From: Minisyncoccia bacterium
Lineage (GTDB): Bacteria; Patescibacteriota; Minisyncoccia; UBA6257
Reading direction: 5' to 3'
DNA length: 57,625 nucleotides
Assembly (NCBI GenBank): GCA_049967535.1
Contig: JBMFSN010000001.1
Location: forward strand, 1-57,625
Position 1 is the first letter of the stretch. Each line of letters opens with the position of its first letter. The notes below the pieces were generated by a model. That model ran no database searches. It was not told the origin of the DNA and saw only the letters and a program-made list of their open reading frames with translations. Positions 1-8,920 of the stretch are shown piece after piece. A program made the translations under genes and the position numbers.

Positions 1-43
1 CTCTAGAGAAAAGGATTCGCTTAGAAATAAAATATCTTCCTCG

Positions 44-82
44 TTTAAAAATTAAAAATTATAAAATTAAAAATTGATTTAT
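44..82 (+). repeat. Intergenic heptamer-repeat cassette (AAAATTA type) directly upstream of rpoD
   Basis: tttaaaaattaaaaattataaaattaaaaattgatttat. The 31 nt at 48..78 are identical to 6765..6795 upstream of rpsK. Confidence 0.8.
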
Positions 83-1294
83 ATGAATAAAAAAAGAAAA
101 ACAAAACGAAAAACAACTCCCAAGCGAAGACTCGTAAAACGAATTCCAAAGAAAAAAATTAAAAAAACAAACAAGAAACAGACAAGGAAACAAAAATCTG
201 CTCTGGGAATAATGAGTATTGAGGAATTGATTAAACGAGGCAAGGGAAGAGGCTTTGTTACCCAAGATGAAATCTTAAAATATTTCCCTAACGTTGAAGA
301 GAATATTGATTTACTAGAAAAAATTTATGACTCTTTAGCTGAAGCTAATATTGAAATTGTAGAAAGTGGAGACCTCCTTCTTCCTCACGAAGAAGTTACT
401 CCGAAGGAATTAAAAGAAAGTATTCATTTAGAAGATGCAGGAGAAGTAGGAGATAATGTTCAGTCTTATCTTCGAGAAATAGGAAAGATACCTCTTCTTA
501 CCTCAGAAGAAGAAAAAACTTTAGCTAAAAAAATAGACCAAGGAGATGAACAAGCAAGAAGACAAATGATTGAGGCTAATTTAAGATTAGTAGTGTCTAT
601 TGCTAAACGCTATATTGGTCGAAGCGCCAATATGAGTCTTTTAGATCTTATTCAAGAAGGGAATATCGGTTTATCCAAAGCCGTAGATAAATTTAATTAT
701 AAAAAGGGGTTTAAATTTTCTACTTATGCCACCTGGTGGATCAAACAAGCAATTACCAGAGCCTTGGCTGACCAAGGAAGAACCATTCGTATTCCTGTAC
801 ATATGGTGGAAACTATCACTAAATATTTAAAAGCCAAAAGAACCTTAGCTCAAAACTTAGGAAGAGAACCATTGCCCGAAGAAATTGCCAAAGAAATGAA
901 TAAAAGCTTAGATGAAATATTGTATTTGATTCAAATTTCTCGAGACACTTATTCTTTGAATCAAGCTATTGGCGGAGGAGAGGGGGATGAAGAAAATAGT
1001 GAACTAGGAGATTTTGTGCCTGATAAAAAAACACCTGGCCCAGATGAATTTGCTAATTTGCAGATTTTAAGAGAAATGATAAAGGATATTCTTCAAGACT
1101 CATCCTTTGCCGACCGAGAAAGAGATATTATTAAAATGCGTTTTGGTTTAGAGGATGGCATTAATCATACTTTAGAAGAAGTGGGGAAAGAATTTGGAGT
1201 AACGAGGGAAAGAATTCGTCAAATAGAAGCTAAAACTTTAGAAAAAATAAAAGAACATCCTCATGCCCAAAGAATTAAAGAGTTTTTAGAGTAA
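83..1294 (+). CDS. rpoD: RNA polymerase primary sigma factor (sigma-70 family) with Lys/Arg-rich N-terminal extension
   Basis: Sigma-70 regions 2 ([31 protein letters not shown]), 3 and 4.2 ([24 protein letters not shown]). The track start is TTG 74. The first ATG is at 83, at the same spacing from the repeat end as the rpsK ATG. An alternative start is ATG 212 (MSIEEL). Confidence 0.93.
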   Translation: MNKKRKTKRKTTPKRRLVKRIPKKKIKKTNKKQTRKQKSALGIMSIEELIKRGKGRGFVTQDEILKYFPNVEENIDLLEKIYDSLAEANIEIVESGDLLLPHEEVTPKELKESIHLEDAGEVGDNVQSYLREIGKIPLLTSEEEKTLAKKIDQGDEQARRQMIEANLRLVVSIAKRYIGRSANMSLLDLIQEGNIGLSKAVDKFNYKKGFKFSTYATWWIKQAITRALADQGRTIRIPVHMVETITKYLKAKRTLAQNLGREPLPEEIAKEMNKSLDEILYLIQISRDTYSLNQAIGGGEGDEENSELGDFVPDKKTPGPDEFANLQILREMIKDILQDSSFADRERDIIKMRFGLEDGINHTLEEVGKEFGVTRERIRQIEAKTLEKIKEHPHAQRIKEFLE

Positions 1295-1297
1295 AAA

Positions 1298-2587
1298 ATG
1301 AAAAACAAAATTATTAAATGGGTTAAGAAATTAATACCTAAAAATCTTAAAAAAAATGCTTTTTTAAGAAAGGGGTTGGCTTATTTATCTAGCGGCCTTT
1401 TTGGTTTTCCTAGTAGACATTTAACTCTTATCGGAGTAACTGGTACTACGGGAAAAACTACCACTACTTTTATGATTAGAAGTATTCTGGAAGAGGCAGG
1501 CATCAAAACTGGTTTAATTGGAACTGCTGGTTATTATTTTGGTTCAGAAGTTGTTTATAATCAGAACGAAGGTCCAGGGACCACTCCTGATCCGTTTACC
1601 CTTCATCATATATTAAGAAAAATGATAGCCCAAAATGTCAAGGTGGTAATTTTAGAAGTTTCCTCATTTGGTTTAATGTATTATCGAACTTATGGCTTAA
1701 ACTTCCAATCAGCTGTTTTAACTAATATTGCTTTTAATCATCATGTCACTTTGCATGGCAGCATGGATAATTATGTCAAAGAAAAATTAAAATTATTTCA
1801 GTACCTCTCTCCAACAAGCTTAGCAGTTTTACCTTCGGAAAGTGAATATTTTGATGTTTTCAAAAAAGCTACTAAAGCTAAAATTGTCACTTATGGTGTA
1901 AATCCCCAAAATGATTTTTGGGCGGAAGATTCTAAAATTCATTGCAAAGATCAAATTTTTGATTTAAAATTAAAGATTCTTGGAAATTTTAATATCCTGA
2001 ATGCCTTGGCAGCGATAGCCGCTGTTTCCTTTTTGAAAATTGAGCCCTCTACTATAAAACAAGGATTAGAAAAATTAATCACTATCCCTGGTCGTTTAGA
2101 GTTATTACCAAGTCGAGCTCCTTTTCAAATTATTATTGATAAAGCAAATACTCCTTTAGCTTTCGAAAAGCTTATCGAATATTTAAAAAATGACTACCGA
2201 AAACAAAGTCACAAAATTATAGCTGTTTATGGTACTTTTCATGAAAGTCCAAAGGAAGAGAGAGATATGTTAGCTAAAATTGCAACCCAATTTTTTGATT
2301 TAATAATCTTTACAGAAGATGATCCGGCTAACGAGAAAAGAGAGAAAAGTTTGGATGATTTCCTTAGTTTTGTCCATCAAAATAATGTTGACCCCAATAA
2401 ATATTTAACAATTTTAAATCGAGAAGAAGCTATCAAGGCGGCTATTAATCATGCTCAAGCTAATGACTTGATAGTTATTTTAGGTAGAGGAAACGAGCAG
2501 TTTATGCTCTACCAAGATAAAAAGATTCCCTTTGATGACAGGGAAGTAACTAAAAATATCCTCAAAGAATTAAATTATTTATTATGA
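1298..2587 (+). CDS. murE: Mur ligase, MurE-like (UDP-MurNAc-L-Ala-D-Glu: diamino acid ligase)
   Basis: GVTGTTGKTTTT P-loop, GTTPDP and EVSSFGL motifs, and a Mur ligase C-terminal domain. The N-terminal domain is short. ATGA start/stop overlap with alaS. Confidence 0.8.
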   Translation: MKNKIIKWVKKLIPKNLKKNAFLRKGLAYLSSGLFGFPSRHLTLIGVTGTTGKTTTTFMIRSILEEAGIKTGLIGTAGYYFGSEVVYNQNEGPGTTPDPFTLHHILRKMIAQNVKVVILEVSSFGLMYYRTYGLNFQSAVLTNIAFNHHVTLHGSMDNYVKEKLKLFQYLSPTSLAVLPSESEYFDVFKKATKAKIVTYGVNPQNDFWAEDSKIHCKDQIFDLKLKILGNFNILNALAAIAAVSFLKIEPSTIKQGLEKLITIPGRLELLPSRAPFQIIIDKANTPLAFEKLIEYLKNDYRKQSHKIIAVYGTFHESPKEERDMLAKIATQFFDLIIFTEDDPANEKREKSLDDFLSFVHQNNVDPNKYLTILNREEAIKAAINHAQANDLIVILGRGNEQFMLYQDKKIPFDDREVTKNILKELNYLL

Positions 2588-4374
2588 CCTCTGAAGAATT
2601 AAGACAACAATTTTTAGATTTTTTTAAGGAAAAGGGACATAGAATAATACCTTCTTCCTCTTTAATTCCTGAAAACGACCCCTCTGTGCTTTTTACTACC
2701 GCTGGGATGCAACAATTTAAATATTACTATACAGGCAAGCAAAATCCATTAGTTGATAAACATTTTAGTATAAGTGAGCCTTTAAATAACAAAAATGTTG
2801 CTACTTGCCAAAAATGTTTAAGGACAAGTGATATCGAGTCAGTGGGCGATCAAAGCCATTTAACATTCTTCGAAATGTTAGGCAACTTTTCTTTTGGCGG
2901 TTATTTTAAAAAAGAAGCAATTACATTTGCTTATGAATTATTAAATTCCAAATTCCATATTCCAGATTCTAGAATAACTGTTACCGTATTTGAAGGAGAT
3001 AAAAACATTCCTCGTGATGAAGAGTCAGCAAAAACTTGGTATCAATTTGGTTTTTCTGAAAAGAACGGCAATTTACTTTTTTTGGGTAAAGATAGTAACT
3101 TTTGGGGTCCTACTGGAAATGAAGGACCATGCGGTCCTACTACAGAAATTTATGTTGACGGGATAGAAATTTGGAATTTAGTTTTTAATGAGTATTATAA
3201 ACATTTAGACCAAACTCTTACTCCTTTAACTATTAAAGGAGTAGATACAGGAATGGGCTTAGAAAGATTAGCTTTAGTAACCCAATATCCTCAGGATAAA
3301 AACAAAACTATTTATGATACGGACTTATTTCAAGATTTATTAACTTATCTTAAACATCAAGGCACTAAACAAGAGAGCGATAACTTATATCGTATTATTG
3401 CTGACCATTTTAAAGCTAGCGTTTTTTTGGCCGGGACTGGTATTGTTCCTTCTAACACCCAGCAAGGTTATATTTTGAGAAGATTAATTCGAAGAATTGT
3501 TCGCTTTAGTAAAATTTTAAATTTCAAAAACAATTGGATAGCAGAAGCCTATGAAATTATTAAGGAAAAATATGGTTATTTTTACCCAGAAATAAATAAT
3601 CAAGAGGAAATTTTATCTATCATAGACCAAGAAACTAATAAATTTGAATCTAGTTTAATAAAAGGATTAAAAGAATGGCAAAGAATAGTTAGTCAACTAT
3701 CAGAACAGGAAAAAACTATTCCTGGGGCAACAGCCTTTTATTTATACGAAAGTTATGGTTTTCCCATAGAAATTTTAGAAGAAATGGCTAAAGAAATAAA
3801 TAAAACAGTAGATCGTTCTTCTTTTGAAGCAGAATTTCAAAAACACCAAGTTATTTCTCGCGCAAGCCAAGAGAAAAAATTTGGCGGGCACGGAATAAAT
3901 GAGGTCAAAGACGAAGACAGCAAAAAACAAATTATAAAATTACATACTGCTACCCATTTACTTTTAGCTGCCTTAAGACAAATTATTGATTCTAAAATTG
4001 AGCAAAAAGGTTCTGATATTACCCCAGAGAGATTACGTCTAGATTTTCCTTTTTCTAGAAAATTAACAGAAGAAGAAATTAAAAAAATAGAAAATTTAAT
4101 TAATCAAAAAATTCAAGAAAACTTAGAAGTTCATTTCTATGAAACAAATTATGAGCAAGCAATTAAAGAGGGAGCTCTTGGTTCTTTCAAAGACAGATAC
4201 CCGGAAAAGGTAACTGTTTATGAAATAAAAAGTCCCCAGGATAATACGATTTTTTCTAAAGAGATTTGTGCTGGTCCTCATGTTTCTTCAACTAAGGAGA
4301 TGGGGGTGTTTAAAATTATCAAAGAAGAATCTGTAGGACAAGGCATAAGACGGATTAAAGCAACTCTAATTTAA
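2584..4374 (+). CDS. alaS: Alanine--tRNA ligase (short form, 596 aa)
   Basis: FTTAGMQQFK class II core, GPCGPTTEIY, and editing-domain motifs HTATHLL and CAGPHV. It ends shortly after the editing domain. Confidence 0.9.
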   Translation: MTSEELRQQFLDFFKEKGHRIIPSSSLIPENDPSVLFTTAGMQQFKYYYTGKQNPLVDKHFSISEPLNNKNVATCQKCLRTSDIESVGDQSHLTFFEMLGNFSFGGYFKKEAITFAYELLNSKFHIPDSRITVTVFEGDKNIPRDEESAKTWYQFGFSEKNGNLLFLGKDSNFWGPTGNEGPCGPTTEIYVDGIEIWNLVFNEYYKHLDQTLTPLTIKGVDTGMGLERLALVTQYPQDKNKTIYDTDLFQDLLTYLKHQGTKQESDNLYRIIADHFKASVFLAGTGIVPSNTQQGYILRRLIRRIVRFSKILNFKNNWIAEAYEIIKEKYGYFYPEINNQEEILSIIDQETNKFESSLIKGLKEWQRIVSQLSEQEKTIPGATAFYLYESYGFPIEILEEMAKEINKTVDRSSFEAEFQKHQVISRASQEKKFGGHGINEVKDEDSKKQIIKLHTATHLLLAALRQIIDSKIEQKGSDITPERLRLDFPFSRKLTEEEIKKIENLINQKIQENLEVHFYETNYEQAIKEGALGSFKDRYPEKVTVYEIKSPQDNTIFSKEICAGPHVSSTKEMGVFKIIKEESVGQGIRRIKATLI

Positions 4375-4430
4375 GGTTGATTATTGTTTAATATTTGCTA
4401 TAATAAATTAATTGCTTTTACCTAAAATCT

Positions 4431-5930
4431 ATGAAAAATAATCCTAAGAAAAAAATATTAGATATTTATCCTCCTCACACTTTTACTAAAAAAGAAGCAG
4501 AGGTTAATGAACCATCGAAAGATAATGATGTTTTTCATTATCGGGAAGAAACAGAAAATATTATAATTCGTATTGAACCTCAACCTATCAAGAAAGAAGA
4601 AAAAAAAGAAGAAAAAGAGGAAGAAAAAGCTTCTCTCCAAGAAAAACCTACTACCATTGAAGAAGAGTTAAGAAGTATTGGAATAGAAAATGAAGAGCCT
4701 ATTATAAAACCAGAATCATATGAATCTTCAGATTTTCAGACTTCTCGATTACAAGAACCAAGAAAAAACAGAATTCCTTTTGTTGTCTTATCTCTAGTTT
4801 TTCTTGGGTTAGTATACTATTTAGGATTTTTTGCTTTAGCCAAAGCAGAAGTTTCTATTACTTCAAAAAAACTCACTTTATCGTTAAATAATCAAGCCGT
4901 TCTCGTCGATAAAAATATTAGTGCTTCTAACTTAAATCAAAATACTATTCCGGGTAATTTATTTATCTTTCCTGAAAATGCCGAACGGGATTTTAATAGT
5001 ACCGGGCAAGGGAAAGATGAAAGAAAAGCCAAGGGCACCATTACCATTATTAATAATTTTTCTACCTTATCTCAAATCTTAGTAGCTAATACTAGATTTC
5101 AAACACCAGATGGCAAGATTTTTCGTTTAGATTCTCGTATTGCTATTCCTGGTGCGACTACTCAAGATGGAAAATTAATCCCTTCTTCTATTGATGCTAG
5201 TGTCACAGCTGACCAGCCAGGGCCTAATTATAATATTCCGCCTTGCACTGATAAATGTAAATTTACCATTCCGGGATTCCAAGGAACTCCAAAATTTGAA
5301 GGTTTTTATGGCCAAAGCAAAAGTCCCATGACCGGAGGTAGCTTAGGATCTACTCCCATGATTACTAACGATGATATAAAAAACGCCGAGGACATTATCT
5401 TAAAAACAATCAATGATAAAATAGCTGAAGATTTAAAAAATAAAATACCTAATAACTTGACTATTTTGGATGGAGCAAAAAGCAGCACTAATATTACTAA
5501 TTTATCCGATGGGGGAGTATCGGCTGGAGATTTTCGTCAGACTTTTACTGTTCAGGCCACTGGAGAAGTAAAGGTTATTGCTTTTAGAGAACAAGATTTA
5601 ATAGACTTAATTCGCAACCAACTCAATTCCCAAAAACCTGAACAATATGATTATTGTGGCAATCCAACTATTAATTATATAAACATTAAGCCAGATTTTA
5701 ATGCCGGAACAATGAAAATCATTCTTAATGCTACTCAAACTTTGTGCTATCATCTTGATCCTCAGTCCATTAAAAAAGATATCATGGGAAAAAATCAAAA
5801 AGATTTAGAAATGATTTTTAAGAGTATGGATGGAGTAGAATCTAGTAAAATTAAATTTTACCCTCTTTGGATTAAAAAAGTGCCTAATACTCTAAATAAA
5901 ATTAAAGTTTCTATTGACCCCACACCATAG
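4431..5930 (+). CDS. Hypothetical membrane-anchored protein with K/E low-complexity N-terminus
   Basis: 499-aa ORF with a KKEEKKEEKEEEK tract, one hydrophobic span (IPFVVLSLVFLGLVYYLGFFALA) and a large extracytoplasmic-looking domain. No family recognised. Confidence 0.6.
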   Translation: MKNNPKKKILDIYPPHTFTKKEAEVNEPSKDNDVFHYREETENIIIRIEPQPIKKEEKKEEKEEEKASLQEKPTTIEEELRSIGIENEEPIIKPESYESSDFQTSRLQEPRKNRIPFVVLSLVFLGLVYYLGFFALAKAEVSITSKKLTLSLNNQAVLVDKNISASNLNQNTIPGNLFIFPENAERDFNSTGQGKDERKAKGTITIINNFSTLSQILVANTRFQTPDGKIFRLDSRIAIPGATTQDGKLIPSSIDASVTADQPGPNYNIPPCTDKCKFTIPGFQGTPKFEGFYGQSKSPMTGGSLGSTPMITNDDIKNAEDIILKTINDKIAEDLKNKIPNNLTILDGAKSSTNITNLSDGGVSAGDFRQTFTVQATGEVKVIAFREQDLIDLIRNQLNSQKPEQYDYCGNPTINYINIKPDFNAGTMKIILNATQTLCYHLDPQSIKKDIMGKNQKDLEMIFKSMDGVESSKIKFYPLWIKKVPNTLNKIKVSIDPTP

Positions 5931-5967
5931 CAAGCTTTTAATTATGTACTATTCAAAGGTGTAGGGG

Positions 5968-5996
5968 TTGACTAAAATCGTTTATTTTGCTAAACT
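5968..5996 (+). promoter_or_regulatory. Candidate sigma-70 promoter of the infA-rpmJ-rpsM operon
   Basis: TTGACT (5968..5973), 17-nt spacer, then TGC-TAAACT (-10 at 5991..5996, extended TG). It lies 13 nt upstream of the infA ATG. Confidence 0.5.
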
Positions 5997-6008
5997 ACTA
6001 AAGTTTTT

Positions 6009-6224
6009 ATGACTCGTAATGAAGCATTGAGAAAAGAGGGGATTGTCACTGAAGCTTTGCGTAATGCAATTTTTCGTATTAAGCTAAATGATGGTCCAGA
6101 GGTCTTGGCACATTTATCTGGCAAGCTTCGTCTCAATAGAATAAAAATTTTAAATGGAGATAAAGTTTTGGTAGAACTGTCTTCCTACGATCCTACAAAA
6201 GGTCGGATAATTTATCGTCTATGA
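6009..6224 (+). CDS. infA: Translation initiation factor IF-1
   Basis: 71 aa, S1-like fold sequence [51 protein letters not shown]. Confidence 0.95.
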   Translation: MTRNEALRKEGIVTEALRNAIFRIKLNDGPEVLAHLSGKLRLNRIKILNGDKVLVELSSYDPTKGRIIYRL

Positions 6225-6334
6225 AAGTAAGAGCCTCAGTAAAAAAAATTTGTAATAATTGCAAAATTGTTAGGAGAAAAGGGCGTCTCTATGTAATTTG
6301 CAGTAATCCTAAACATAAACAAAGACAGGGATAA
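6221..6334 (+). CDS. rpmJ: 50S ribosomal protein L36 (not on the ORF track, 37 aa)
   Basis: Manual translation gives [37 protein letters not shown], with the CxxC...C...H zinc ribbon. ATGA overlap with the infA stop. This is the canonical infA-rpmJ-rpsM order. Confidence 0.9.
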   Translation: MKVRASVKKICNNCKIVRRKGRLYVICSNPKHKQRQG

Positions 6335-6338
6335 TTTT

Positions 6339-6731
6339 ATGATACGTATTTTAGGAGTTGATCTCCCAGACAATAAAAATATTGAAATTTCATTAGCCTA
6401 TATCTATGGGATAGGTCCTTCTTTGTCTAAAAAATTATTAAAAGAAGCAAAAATTGATCCTCAGAAAAAAACAAAAGATTTAACTAGCGAAGAGGTTAAT
6501 ATCTTAAAGGATCTAATCGAGAAAAAAGCCATAAAAATAGAAGGAGATTTAAGAAGAGAAATTAAAGCTAATATTAAAAGACTGATAGATATTAGTGCTT
6601 ATCGTGGAGTTCGCCATATGAGAAAACTTCCCGTAAGAGGCCAAAGGACAAAAACTAATTCAAGAACAGTAAGAGGTAATGTAAGAAAAACTGTTGGTTC
6701 TGGAAGAAGAAAAGCTGCTTCACCTACATAA
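6339..6731 (+). CDS. rpsM: 30S ribosomal protein S13
   Basis: MIRILGVDLPDNKNIEISLAYIYGIG and a YRGVRHMRKLPVRGQRTKTN tail. Confidence 0.95.
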   Translation: MIRILGVDLPDNKNIEISLAYIYGIGPSLSKKLLKEAKIDPQKKTKDLTSEEVNILKDLIEKKAIKIEGDLRREIKANIKRLIDISAYRGVRHMRKLPVRGQRTKTNSRTVRGNVRKTVGSGRRKAASPT

Positions 6732-6800
6732 AATTGAGTATTCAGTATTGAGTATAATTGTTTTAAAATTAAAAATTATAAAATTAAAAATTGATATAAA
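6732..6800 (+). repeat. Intergenic modular heptamer-repeat cassette (TTGAGTA module, AATTGTTTTAAAA joint, AAAATTA module)
   Basis: aattgagtattcagtattgagtataattgttttaaaattaaaaattataaaattaaaaattgatataaa, immediately before the rpsK ATG. Confidence 0.85.
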
Positions 6801-7241
6801 ATGGGGAAAAAACGAGTTGTTACTAAATCAGGAGAAGACCTGAATAAAATTGAAGAAAAAATTAGTTCTTCTCAAGCCAAAGCTTCTAAAGCCCTTTTAG
6901 AAAAGGGGAGAATTTATATTGCTGCTTCGTATAATAATACTCTTATTTCTTTAACTAATTTAAAAGGAGAATTAATTGCTTGGAGCTCTGCTGGTACTTT
7001 AGGTTTTAAAGGACCCAAAAAAGCAACTCCTTTTGCTGCTTCTAAGGTAGTGGAGGCTTTACTAGAAAAAGTTCAAAAAAGCGGATTAAAAACAGTAGAG
7101 GTTTATGTTAAAGGCATAGGAGGAGGTAGGGAATCAGCTATTCGTTCTTTAGCTACTCATGGTTTAGATATTGATTTAATTAAAGACGTTACTCCTATTC
7201 CCCACAACGGACCTAGGCCACCTAAAGTTAGAAGAGTATAA
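6801..7241 (+). CDS. rpsK: 30S ribosomal protein S11
   Basis: GRIYIAASYNNTLISLTNLKGELIAWSSAGTLGFKGPKKATPFAA and DVTPIPHNGPRPPKVRRV. Confidence 0.95.
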   Translation: MGKKRVVTKSGEDLNKIEEKISSSQAKASKALLEKGRIYIAASYNNTLISLTNLKGELIAWSSAGTLGFKGPKKATPFAASKVVEALLEKVQKSGLKTVEVYVKGIGGGRESAIRSLATHGLDIDLIKDVTPIPHNGPRPPKVRRV

Positions 7242-7285
7242 AATATTAAATTATTTTTCAAAATTTTAACAACATTGGTATTTCT

Positions 7286-7900
7286 ATGGATGCTGAATGC
7301 AAAAAATGTAGAGCAGTAGGAGAAAAACTTTTTCTCAAAGGAGAAAAATGCTATACCCCAAAATGTCCTATGACAAGAAGAGGAATAGCTTATCACGGAA
7401 AGAGCAAAAGAAAACCTGCCCTTACTCCTTATGGCAGACAATTAATAGAAAAACAGAAAGCTAAATTAATTTACGGAATTAGAGAAAAACAGTTTCATCG
7501 TTATTTTGATTTAGCTTACAAGAAAAAGGGAGCTACTCCTGATATTCTAGCTAGTATGTTAGAAAAAAGATTTGATAATGTTATCTATCGTTCTGGTTTT
7601 GCTTTGAATAGAGCTTCCACCAGGCAATTAGTCTCTCATGGCCATTTTTTCCTCAATGGAAGAAAACACAATATTGCCTCTACGATTTTAAGAAAGGGTG
7701 ACGTTGTTTCTCTTAATCCTATCAGTCTTCAAAAGAAAGTATTTAAAGATATAAAAGAACGTCTAAAAAAATATACTGCCCCTAAATTTCTCGAAGTAGA
7801 TCCGGAAAAACTTACTAGCCGAGTAATCGCTGAGCCAGATTTGGAAGAATTAAAAATGAATATTGATTTTCCTTCAATAGTTGAATTTTATAGTAAATAA
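7286..7900 (+). CDS. rpsD: 30S ribosomal protein S4 (zinc-ribbon type)
   Basis: CKKCRAVGEKLFLKGEKCYTPKCP N-terminus, YGRQLIEKQKAKLIYGIREKQF, and an S4 RNA-binding domain (RQLVSHGHFFLNGRKHNIAS). Confidence 0.95.
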   Translation: MDAECKKCRAVGEKLFLKGEKCYTPKCPMTRRGIAYHGKSKRKPALTPYGRQLIEKQKAKLIYGIREKQFHRYFDLAYKKKGATPDILASMLEKRFDNVIYRSGFALNRASTRQLVSHGHFFLNGRKHNIASTILRKGDVVSLNPISLQKKVFKDIKERLKKYTAPKFLEVDPEKLTSRVIAEPDLEELKMNIDFPSIVEFYSK

Positions 7901-7986
7901 TTGAGTATTGAGTATTGGGTATTGAGTATAATTGTTTAAAAATTGTAAATTGTAAATTAGAAATTGTAAATTTTAACAACATTAGT
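7901..7986 (+). repeat. Intergenic modular heptamer-repeat cassette (TTGAGTA x4, AATTGTTTAAAA joint, AAATTGT x4)
   Basis: ttgagtattgagtattgggtattgagtataattgtttaaaaattgtaaattgtaaattagaaattgtaaatt followed by ttaacaacattagt. The ORF track reads this as a spurious N-terminus of rpoA. Confidence 0.85.
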
Positions 7987-8919
7987 ATGTTTCAATTACC
8001 AAGTTCAATTCAAAAAATAGAGCAGTTAAAAAATTACGGCAAATTTGAGATTGATGGGCTATATCCTGGATATGGCATTACTCTTGGTAATGCTCTAAGG
8101 CGGGTTTTAATTTCATCTTTACAAGGAGCAGCGGTAACTTCTTTTAAAGTGGAAGGAGTTCAGCACGAGTTTAGTGCTATTCCTTATGTGATGGAAAGTG
8201 CCCTGGATTTAATGCTTAATCTTAAACAAATCCAAGTAAAAAATTATAGTAATGAACCTCAAATATTAATAATGAATATTTCCGGAGAAAAAGAAGTAAC
8301 TGCTAAAGATTTTGATAAAAATGCTATGGTAGAGATTTTAAATCCAGAATTGCATCTTGCTACTTTGACAGATAAAAAAGCTAAACTAAATATGGAAGTT
8401 ACCATAGAAAATGGTTTGGGTTATGTTTTAGTAGAAGAAAGAAGCAAAGAAAAATTACCTATTGGCACTATTGCCGTAGATGCCATGTTTAGCCCTGTTG
8501 TTCGAGCAAATTTTAAAGTAGAAAATATGCGAGTAGGGGACAGAACCGACTACAATAAACTAATCATTGAAATTGAAACTAATGGTTCAATAACTCCTGA
8601 TATTGCTCTAGCTCAAGCCTCTCAGATCTTAAAAGAACATTTTGAACTTATTGAGAGCAAATTTACTCCAGAAGAAGAAATTAAAACTAATGTTTCTTCG
8701 GCATTCAAACAAGAAAAAAAGGAACCCAAAGATATTATGATCGAAGATTTAGAATTAAGTGCCAAAACTAAAAATACCTTAATTAATAATGGTATTAAAA
8801 CCTTGGCGGGCTTACTGCGTTATCGAGAAGATAAATTATCTAATTTTGAAGGATTAGGACCAAAATCATTAGAAGAAATAAAAAAGGTATTACAAAATTT
8901 AGAATATACTTTAAAATAA
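7987..8919 (+). CDS. rpoA: DNA-directed RNA polymerase subunit alpha
   Basis: GYGITLGNALRRVLISSLQGAAVTS and a C-terminal HhH domain (LELSAKTKNTLINNGIKTLAGLL). Start moved to ATG 7987 because the track's TTG 7915 start lies inside the repeat cassette. Confidence 0.9.
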   Translation: MFQLPSSIQKIEQLKNYGKFEIDGLYPGYGITLGNALRRVLISSLQGAAVTSFKVEGVQHEFSAIPYVMESALDLMLNLKQIQVKNYSNEPQILIMNISGEKEVTAKDFDKNAMVEILNPELHLATLTDKKAKLNMEVTIENGLGYVLVEERSKEKLPIGTIAVDAMFSPVVRANFKVENMRVGDRTDYNKLIIEIETNGSITPDIALAQASQILKEHFELIESKFTPEEEIKTNVSSAFKQEKKEPKDIMIEDLELSAKTKNTLINNGIKTLAGLLRYREDKLSNFEGLGPKSLEEIKKVLQNLEYTLK

Positions 8920-8920
8920 A

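Noticed and set aside
7915-7986. N-terminal extension of rpoA from TTG 7915 (MGIEYNCLKIVNCKLEIVNFNNIS)
   Set aside because: The extension is the translation of the heptamer repeat cassette. ATG 7987 gives a normal RpoA N-terminus.
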